Assembly (NCBI GenBank): GCA_964450845.1
Contig: CAYVGZ010000003.1
Coordinates: forward strand, 1 to 52,826
DNA from: an uncultured Candidatus Bathyarchaeia archaeon
Lineage (GTDB): Archaea > Thermoproteota > Bathyarchaeia > Bathyarchaeales > Bathycorpusculaceae
Direction: 5' to 3'
Length of the DNA: 52,826 bases
In this document: positions 45,998 to 52,826 of the stretch, piece after piece
Layout: every line of letters begins with the position of its first letter
How positions within the stretch are numbered: the first letter of the stretch is position 1
Notes under the pieces: generated by a model
The model's input: only the letters and a program-made list of their open reading frames with translations
The model's database searches: none
What the model was told of the DNA's origin: nothing
Position numbers and translations under genes: made by a program

Positions 45998-48046
45998 TTA
46001 GGTCTTTTTTAGATAACCCTCTTTTGGCTCGTAAATGGTTCCTTCACGTAGTAATTGTCCGATGAGGCGCTCTGCTTCACCTATTGGGATTGTGTATTTT
46101 GTTTCAAGTTCGTTTAAAAGTGCTGTTTTTTCAACAATTCCCGTTTCTTTTTCCATTTCCATTAAGGTTGAAAGGACTGTTTGCAGTTTGTCTCTTACGC
46201 TTTTTGGTTTTCCAGTCATTATAAGGTCTATGTCTATTTTGTATGAGGACAGGTCTATTCCAACTTCTTCGAGAGATCTCTTCATTATAGTGACGGCTGC
46301 CTCTGCATCCTCGGCTAAAACTTCTTTTCTGAGGGACGCGCGGGCTCTTGCTTCAGCTATGCGGACGAGGGATTCAAGTTGACGTGCAGTTATCGCAACT
46401 GGTGAACCTTCAGATTCGCTTGCCAAACGCATTGCCAAATAGAAATCTTTGAGGCGTTGCAGTGCTTCTTGGGTTAAAACGGGCTTAATTCCTTTAGCAT
46501 AGCTTATGTATTTTCGTAGCATGTCCGAAGTTATTGGTGGCTCCACTGGACTTAGACCTTTTCTGTGCATTTCAAGGATATGCTCTGACATTTTACCATC
46601 CGCTTCTTTATTTGGCACATCCCTTAAAACGAAGATTAAGTCGAACCTCGAAAGTATTGTAACTGGCAATGAAATGTTTTCAGCCACTGTACGGTGCGGT
46701 TCGTACCTTCCCAACGCAGGGTTGGCGGCTGCAAGTATGGCTGTTCTTGCGTTAAGTGTTGCGACGATACCGCCTTTTGCAACTGAAACTGTGTGTTGTT
46801 CCATTGCTTCATGGATGGCAACTCTATCTTCTGGACGCATTTTATCCATTTCATCGATGCATGCAATTCCCTTGTCAGCTAATACTAAGGCTCCAGCTTC
46901 AAGGCTCATTCCACCGCCCTTCTCACGTAGTACGGCGGCAGTTAAACCAGCAGCAGTTGTGCCACGTCCAGACGTATACAATCCACGAGGTGCAATCCTT
47001 GCCACATACTGCAGCAGTTGAGATTTTGCTGTTCCAGGGTCTCCTATCAAAAGGGCATTCATTTCTCCTCTTATTGTTATGTCTGGAAGATTTTTAGGCA
47101 CGCCTCCGAAGAGAAGATACATTATTGACTCCTTAATGTGATCGTATCCATAAATTGATGGCGCAATCGAGGTCATGATTTTTCGGTGTATCCATGGGTC
47201 TTTTGCAAGCGCATGAATTTTCTCCTCTTCTTCTGGTGATGGAAGTGCTATCTCTGGTTCCTTGCCCAAAACTTCAATTGAGTTAGCTTCTACATGCAGA
47301 ATGAATGTGCGAAGCTTCCCCACCCTTGGAAGCGTGGGCGATACTGCGCGAACTGTTCCAACTATGGAAATGTGGTCTCCGGGTCTCGCAACATCAACTA
47401 TTTCGCTTCCGATAAGCTTGATGTGTAGCGTTCGGGGAAGCTGTCCAGGGGGAAGATCTTCAGGCCTTTCCTGCATACGAAGGTCTTGAGAGTCTATAAA
47501 TGTGGATTCTTCTTGAACAAAATCGAACAGGCCTTTCGCCATGCAAGAAGGATTACTGCACACAAAAGGTGCTTTAAGAAATTGGCCTGTTTGGTTTATG
47601 GGTGTTATTTCCCCGCATCTTTTGCATTTGAACGTTGCCCTCATGACCATGGGACGCATGGGTGTTGAGCGAACAACAATTCCTTCAACCATGACGAGCT
47701 TTCCGATGTGGTCTGAGCCGAGTTTCCTTAGTTGTTGAGCTTCTAATAAACGGACGAGTCTGACTGTTGCGGTTTCTTGTTTGTCAGCAATTTTCTCGGC
47801 ATATTCTGGGTCTTCTGTCTGAAGTTGTGCATAAGCCGCATTATTGGCGTGTTTCAAGTATTCGTCTGGTTTTTCCAGAAGTTCCTCAGCAAGCCTTTGG
47901 TCAAAAATCAAAACGTCTTCAAAGTCAACTATTAATGACGTTTTACCTGCCACTGCCATTTGCGAAATTCTTTGGCGGTATTTTTCCGTTTTGAAAAGCT
48001 CTTGAAAACGTTCTTGTGGGTCAATAGTTTCTAATTCCTCTGTCAT
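45998..48046 (-). CDS. mcm: Replicative helicase MCM (no intein)
   Basis: CKRC..C..C Zn finger, GDPGTAKS, IDEMDKM, AANP and SRFD; start re-called at ATG 48046 overlapping the gins23 stop. Confidence 0.97.
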   Translation of the reverse strand: MTEELETIDPQERFQELFKTEKYRQRISQMAVAGKTSLIVDFEDVLIFDQRLAEELLEKPDEYLKHANNAAYAQLQTEDPEYAEKIADKQETATVRLVRLLEAQQLRKLGSDHIGKLVMVEGIVVRSTPMRPMVMRATFKCKRCGEITPINQTGQFLKAPFVCSNPSCMAKGLFDFVQEESTFIDSQDLRMQERPEDLPPGQLPRTLHIKLIGSEIVDVARPGDHISIVGTVRAVSPTLPRVGKLRTFILHVEANSIEVLGKEPEIALPSPEEEEKIHALAKDPWIHRKIMTSIAPSIYGYDHIKESIMYLLFGGVPKNLPDITIRGEMNALLIGDPGTAKSQLLQYVARIAPRGLYTSGRGTTAAGLTAAVLREKGGGMSLEAGALVLADKGIACIDEMDKMRPEDRVAIHEAMEQHTVSVAKGGIVATLNARTAILAAANPALGRYEPHRTVAENISLPVTILSRFDLIFVLRDVPNKEADGKMSEHILEMHRKGLSPVEPPITSDMLRKYISYAKGIKPVLTQEALQRLKDFYLAMRLASESEGSPVAITARQLESLVRIAEARARASLRKEVLAEDAEAAVTIMKRSLEEVGIDLSSYKIDIDLIMTGKPKSVRDKLQTVLSTLMEMEKETGIVEKTALLNELETKYTIPIGEAERLIGQLLREGTIYEPKEGYLKKT

Positions 48047-48612
48047 TCTCCTGTCTCCTTGCATTCCAATATCTGTGTTTTCCATTCATGTATAAGTTTG
48101 TTGAGTTGCTCGTAAAGAAATCTTTCCTCACTTGTGAAATTTTTCAGTGTTTGTTCTGTTTGAGGTGGAGCCGACGCAAGTGAAACGATTTTCTTTAATC
48201 TCGAATTCACAATGTCTTGTGTTACGTGTCTACTTTTTTCATATTCCCGTAATTTTTCCGGGGCTTTTGAAGCCTCTTCCTTTAGCTCGGTGAGGCATCG
48301 CCGAAGTTTTGGATAGAAATTTTCTGGGAGTTTTGATATTTGCCCAGCAGTTTGAACGCGTTCTGTCCACTGGATTTTGTAAAATTTAGCTGTATCCAAC
48401 AGTTCTTCTTCACGAAAACGGGCAATTCCAGCCTTTTCAAGCTCTTGGGCTATCCAAAATGGGATTTCATATTCGTTTCCTTCTTCAAAAGGACCTATAT
48501 TAAGTCCAACAAGCGTAATTTCTGGGCAATTTCTATTTGCGATAATTTTTACAAGAGAATGTTCAAAGTTGAAATCAACACTTCCAATATTTATTGAAAC
48601 TGGTTTCGGCAT
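48043..48612 (-). CDS. gins23: GINS subunit Gins23
   Basis: N-terminal B domain (EIPFWIAQEL..G), LPENFY and RLKKIV..FTSEE; upstream of and coupled to mcm. Confidence 0.87.
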   Translation of the reverse strand: MPKPVSINIGSVDFNFEHSLVKIIANRNCPEITLVGLNIGPFEEGNEYEIPFWIAQELEKAGIARFREEELLDTAKFYKIQWTERVQTAGQISKLPENFYPKLRRCLTELKEEASKAPEKLREYEKSRHVTQDIVNSRLKKIVSLASAPPQTEQTLKNFTSEERFLYEQLNKLIHEWKTQILECKETGE

Positions 48613-48765
48613 CCTTACCCCTTTCTCGGCTTTAAACTTAACCTTTAGTTGCAGATATAAAAACAGTAGTTTAAAAACTTAGATTAAGAGTTTAAGAAAA
48701 TTCGAAAGCGTAATGAATCCTATGCTGTTTAGATAAAAATTAAGGCGAAAAGTGGTTTTATTTTG

Positions 48766-50016
48766 CTATGGCCATAAACCTAGCGTCTTTATTGCATCAC
48801 TTACTCTTCCAACGCCGAGCATCAACGCTGCTGTTCGCATGTCGCTTTCTTCTTGTTTCGCTACGTTGTGTGCGTCATTGAAAGCCTTAACCATTTTATT
48901 TTCCAGTTTCCTGTTTACCTCTTCCAGCGTCCAATGTTCTCGTGTTAGATTTTGAACCCATTCAAAATAGCTTGCTGTTACTCCTCCAGAGTTTGCCAAT
49001 ATGTCTGGAACGAGAACTGTTCCTTTTTCATGAAGCACTTTGTCTGCTTCTGGAGTTGTTGGTCCATTTGCACCTTCTGCCACTATTTTTGCTTTTATTT
49101 TGTCTGCGTTAGCCTTTGTTATCTGATTTTCTAAAGCTGCTGGTATGAGTATGTCACATTTTGTTTCAAGCAACTCTTCATTTGTTATGTTTCTGCATCC
49201 TTTACAATTAATCACAGAACCTGTCTTGGACTTGTGCTCGTATATATACCGAGGGTTTAGTCCCTTCGGGCAGTAGATTCCCCCAGATGTATCGCTTACT
49301 GCCACAATTTTGCAGCCCATGTCATGTGCTATTTTTGCAGCGTTCCAGCCCACATTACCGTAACCTTGCACAGCAACTGTGGCGCCTTTAAGCTTTAGAC
49401 CCAAATGTTTGGCTGCTTCTCTCACACAAACCACAACACCCAAGGACGTGGCTTCCGCCCTTCCTTCTGAACCACCTACGCTAAGGGGTTTTCCAGTGAC
49501 GCATTCCGGGACGCTGTAACCTTTGAATTGACTATAAGTATCCATTATCCACGCCATTGTTTGAGCATCTGTGTAAACGTCTGGCGCTGGCACATCACGA
49601 TATGGTCCGATAAAATCTAAAAGTAGGCTGGTGTATCGTCTTGTCATTCTCTCTAGTTCCCCTCTTGTCATCTCCTTCGGGTTGCAACACACTCCCCCTT
49701 TTGAGCCGCCGTAGGGAATATCTACAACCGCACATTTCCAAGTCATCCACATTGCTAACGCTGTTACCTCATCAAGTGTAACATTTGGATGGTATCGGAT
49801 GCCACCTTTGAATGGTCCTCTTGCATCCCAATGTTGTACACGACAGCCAGTGAAGGTGCACGTTTCACCATTATCCATTTTTATCGTGATAGAAACAATA
49901 AGTGACCTTTTCGGATGCCTTAGCATTTCATGTATTCCGGGTTCTAGTTTCAGTTTTTCAGCCGCTATTCTTAACTGTTCACACGCAACTGATAATGCTG
50001 TTTGTGTCTTTTCCAT
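48766..50016 (-). CDS. gdhA: Glutamate dehydrogenase (Glu/Leu/Phe/Val family)
   Basis: GPFKGGIRYHP, GGSKGG, VPAPD, VQGYGNVG, EGANGP and NSGGVTASYFEW. Confidence 0.95.
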   Translation of the reverse strand: MEKTQTALSVACEQLRIAAEKLKLEPGIHEMLRHPKRSLIVSITIKMDNGETCTFTGCRVQHWDARGPFKGGIRYHPNVTLDEVTALAMWMTWKCAVVDIPYGGSKGGVCCNPKEMTRGELERMTRRYTSLLLDFIGPYRDVPAPDVYTDAQTMAWIMDTYSQFKGYSVPECVTGKPLSVGGSEGRAEATSLGVVVCVREAAKHLGLKLKGATVAVQGYGNVGWNAAKIAHDMGCKIVAVSDTSGGIYCPKGLNPRYIYEHKSKTGSVINCKGCRNITNEELLETKCDILIPAALENQITKANADKIKAKIVAEGANGPTTPEADKVLHEKGTVLVPDILANSGGVTASYFEWVQNLTREHWTLEEVNRKLENKMVKAFNDAHNVAKQEESDMRTAALMLGVGRVSDAIKTLGLWP

Positions 50017-50107
50017 GAAATAGCCCCCTCTGCAACATATTATATCTGCTTAATGCTTTCTTAAAATTTAGGGTTAATTTGAAATTAGAAAAAAGAAGAA
50101 GGTGATG

Positions 50108-51715
50108 CTAGTCTAGAATCCTTTCTACAGCATCTTTTTCTACTTCGTGTGGCAATGGTATGCCAGTAACTTCAGCTGCCGTTTCATTTAAGCTCATCAG
50201 GTCGTTTCTGTTGATGAGTTCCAGCTTCCATTTTCTGTTACCAGCCAGAAGCTGTTTTAGTCCCACACCTATGCGGTCTGTAAGGTATGTGTAGAGCGCG
50301 ACGGCTTCCCATGGTATCTCTTTGAAGTCTTCTCCATGCTTTTCTTTAAGTTCTGGCGCGGCGATAAAGAATTTTTCTGGCGTTGCACCGTATCTGTCTG
50401 CAAAAGTTTTTGGCAGTTTTCCCTCTTCGGATAACTGTTTGAAATAGTTCGCCTTCATCACAGCCGTTAGTGGTGAGCGTCCCATCAAAACGGCTTTCAC
50501 AAATGGGCCGTCTCCAAAGTTGCTCATTGCAATTGCCTTGAAAATCTGTGTTTCGCTTATGAAACCTCCAGCCATGATTAAATCTGGCACATATCGCCCT
50601 TTCTTCTTCAATATTTGCGCACATTTGAGAACTATGGCCTCTAGGTACACTGTTGGGATGCTCATTTCATCCATCATCGGAACAGGACTCATACCTGTTC
50701 CACCGCCTGCGCCATCGAAATATACAGCGTCGATTTTTGCTTCTGAAGCTATTTTCATCGTGTATGCAACAGCTGAAGGTCTGTACGCACCAGTCTTTAG
50801 TGTCACGTGTTTTGCACCTTGTTTTCGCAGCCAGTCTATATCTTCTATCATATTCTTTTCTTTGGGTATTCCTACTCTGCTGTGTCTTTCAAAAGATTTG
50901 AAAACTCCCTCTTTGAATGCTTTTTGCACTGTTGGGTCTTCTGGATCTGGGATTACTATGTAGCCTCTTTTCTTTAGCATTATGGCTCTGTCTAGGTCTC
51001 TTACTCGAACTTCGCCTCCTATGGCTTTTGCGCCTTGTCCCCATTTTCTTTCGATTACGTTTACTTCTAGTTTTGAGAGAGCGTAGATGTCAACGCCTAG
51101 TCGTTGGTCTTCGACGTTTGTTTGAACAGCGATGTCTCCGTACTTTCCATCCCAGAATTTTCGGAATAAGTCAACTCTCCGTTTTAGCTCTTTTGAGTGT
51201 GTGATTTTACCATTTGTGAACTGTGCTTCGGGATCCATGCCGCAAACGTTTTCACCAACTATTATTATCGCGCCAGAGAGAGCTGTGCCTATTGACAAGC
51301 CTTCCCAGTTTAACCTCGCAACTTCCGTTGAGCCAAATGCGCCGGTTAAGATGGGAACTTTGAGTGATATTCCGCCAACTTTTGTCTCGGTGTTCGCGTT
51401 TGTAAAAAGGGCAATGTTCGAGTTTTCTTCAATTCCAAGTGCCTCAAATAATCCTGCTTGTATATTAAAGTGGGACCAGTCTAACCCAAAATCCTTGAGT
51501 GCTCCTGCTGTGCTGTATCCGAATTGAACTGGTTCTGGATAAAGGGCTTCTCTTCCTCTAAAGCTTGATAGACTAATTTCGCACATGATGGGGCAGTCGC
51601 GGATGCATATGGGGCACATTCCGCTCGTTGGGCTTGTGTCTTTAACGCGTGTCATTGTTCCAGTGGTTGATTTTCCGTTCAAATATGCACTATTTCTGTG
51701 CACACGTTCAGACAT
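50108..51715 (-). CDS. Stand-alone FMN-binding glutamate-synthase-family protein
   Basis: KWGQGAKAIGGE, LKTGAY, DGAGGGTG and MAGG FMN-barrel motifs; N-terminal CxxCxxxCxxxC; no amidotransferase domain. Confidence 0.85.
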   Translation of the reverse strand: MSERVHRNSAYLNGKSTTGTMTRVKDTSPTSGMCPICIRDCPIMCEISLSSFRGREALYPEPVQFGYSTAGALKDFGLDWSHFNIQAGLFEALGIEENSNIALFTNANTETKVGGISLKVPILTGAFGSTEVARLNWEGLSIGTALSGAIIIVGENVCGMDPEAQFTNGKITHSKELKRRVDLFRKFWDGKYGDIAVQTNVEDQRLGVDIYALSKLEVNVIERKWGQGAKAIGGEVRVRDLDRAIMLKKRGYIVIPDPEDPTVQKAFKEGVFKSFERHSRVGIPKEKNMIEDIDWLRKQGAKHVTLKTGAYRPSAVAYTMKIASEAKIDAVYFDGAGGGTGMSPVPMMDEMSIPTVYLEAIVLKCAQILKKKGRYVPDLIMAGGFISETQIFKAIAMSNFGDGPFVKAVLMGRSPLTAVMKANYFKQLSEEGKLPKTFADRYGATPEKFFIAAPELKEKHGEDFKEIPWEAVALYTYLTDRIGVGLKQLLAGNRKWKLELINRNDLMSLNETAAEVTGIPLPHEVEKDAVERILD

Positions 51716-52001
51716 TTTCTTCCACCTTTACATTTGCAAATGTTTTGGAGTATGATGGGTATTTTGCGTACGCATTTAAACATTACTTTAAAATAATGCA
51801 AAAATGGATGTCGCCGAGTATTAAAATATAATTTCCCAGCGAAATCGCTAAGGAGTGTGATTTGAAGACTCCAATAGACCAAAGTTTGGCATGCCTTGTA
51901 CTAAGGGTTACGCGAATTCTCTCTCAACTCTTCTAAAAAAGTGGAAAGGAGCAAAACTCTAATAGAAACTCGCGGCGTCTATACTAGAACAGATATTAAT
52001 T

Positions 52002-52020
52002 CCCCCCTTTATATAGGTAG
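52002..52020 (+). promoter_or_regulatory. C6-TATA-like recurrent motif, copy 4 (upstream of rfcS)
   Basis: CCCCCCTTTATATAGGTAG, ending 20 nt before the rfcS ATG. Confidence 0.55.
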
Positions 52021-52039
52021 AAATAGGAGACCATCGATT

Positions 52040-52826
52040 ATGAGCTTTGAAATGTGGGCTGAAAAATATCGACCAAAAACATTGGATGATATGGTGAACC
52101 AAAAAGAGATAGTTGAACGACTAAAAAGCTTCGTTAAATCAAGAAATGTGCCACACTGCATTTTTGCAGGGCCTCCAGGAACTGGAAAAACCACAGCCGC
52201 ACTTTGCTTAGCAAGAGACCTTTACGGTGACGCTTATCGAGAGCATCTGATGGAGTTAAACGCCAGTGATGAAAGAGGCATTAATGTTGTTCGGGAGACT
52301 GTGAAAACTTTTGCAAGGGTTCGATCTATTGGTGAAATCCCATTTAAAATAATGATTTTGGACGAGGCTGACAATATGACTTCTGACGCTCAGCAAGCTC
52401 TGAGGCGGACAATGGAACGTTACACAGAAACATGCCGATTCATTATGTGCGCCAACTACAGTGGAAAAATAATAGAGCCCATTCAATCTCGATGCGCGCC
52501 TTTCCGTTTCACTTTCCTGCCAAGAGAAGAACAAGATATGTATTTGAAACATATCACAGAAAACGAAAACGTTAAGCTCCTAAAGGACGGGTTAGATGCG
52601 ATTTTTGAGGTTTGCGGTGGAGATTTAAGAAGGGCGATAAATACTCTTCAAGCGGCAGCTTCGTTAAACAAGCCTGTGGATGCGAAGGTCGTTTATTCAA
52701 TTACTGGAAAGGCTAGCCCAGCGGATGTGCGAAAAATGATTGAAACCGTTATGGGTGGCAACTTTTTGGATGCGAGGAAACAATTGCGTGATATGATTCA
52801 AAAATATGGGGTGGCTGGAAGCGACA
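52040..52826 (+). CDS. rfcS: Replication factor C small subunit (3' end beyond the window)
   Basis: WAEKYRP, GPPGTGKTT, ELNASDERG, LDEAD, QQALRRTME and SRC. Confidence 0.96.
   Translation, partial: MSFEMWAEKYRPKTLDDMVNQKEIVERLKSFVKSRNVPHCIFAGPPGTGKTTAALCLARDLYGDAYREHLMELNASDERGINVVRETVKTFARVRSIGEIPFKIMILDEADNMTSDAQQALRRTMERYTETCRFIMCANYSGKIIEPIQSRCAPFRFTFLPREEQDMYLKHITENENVKLLKDGLDAIFEVCGGDLRRAINTLQAAASLNKPVDAKVVYSITGKASPADVRKMIETVMGGNFLDARKQLRDMIQKYGVAGSD

Noticed and set aside
51716-52000. Possible replication origin: AT-rich spacer with mini-ORB-like CTCCAATAGACC (51869) and CTCTAATAGAAAC (51957) near mcm/gins/rfc
   Set aside because: Both copies mismatch the mini-ORB consensus, they are not inverted around a DUE, and no orc1/cdc6 gene is adjacent.
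45998-52826. Inteins in MCM or RFC (common archaeal insertion sites)
   Set aside because: MCM is normal length (~682 aa) with contiguous Walker motifs, and the RFC Walker A region is uninterrupted.
1-52826. CRISPR arrays, tRNA/rRNA genes, IS transposases, integrases
   Set aside because: None recognised by eye; intergenic gaps are short. A tRNAscan/Infernal run would be needed to fully exclude small RNAs.

Overview
Archaeal chromosomal window from a TACK-type organism, most likely Bathyarchaeia (inferred from gene repertoire and order; no rRNA marker is present). The backbone is mostly conserved housekeeping operons: a four-subunit 2-oxoacid:ferredoxin oxidoreductase, nadK-nob1, aIF-5A, srp54-pus10-rpl21e-rpo4-DUF655-rsmA-hemK, rpl10e-ppsA-dph2-METTL5-csl4-rpo11, tfs-pcn-priL // priS-gins15 // rpl44e-rps27e-aIF2a-nop10-PAC2, gins23-mcm, a stand-alone glutamate-synthase-like gene with gdh, and a partial rfcS. 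There are three accessory interruptions. (1) At 16.1-19.0 kb: DUF3795, a doubly frameshifted zinc-finger-GNAT gene and a type II R-M pair. (2) At 29.0-39.5 kb, a ~10 kb surface-glycosylation island between priL and priS. It carries a complete putative NDP-heptose pathway (HddA-like kinase, GmhA, an unannotated 48-aa ORF, GmhB, transaldolase, nucleotidyltransferase, epimerase) plus GT2, GT4, Dpm1-like and DUF2079 genes. (3) An archaeosortase/exosortase-family gene between gins15 and rpl44e. Non-coding signals are a C5-6-TATA-like motif repeated four times, blocks of opposite keto/amino strand skew, and a few hairpins. No tRNA, rRNA, CRISPR array, transposase, integrase or intein was recognised. 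All family assignments come from motif recognition, not database searches.
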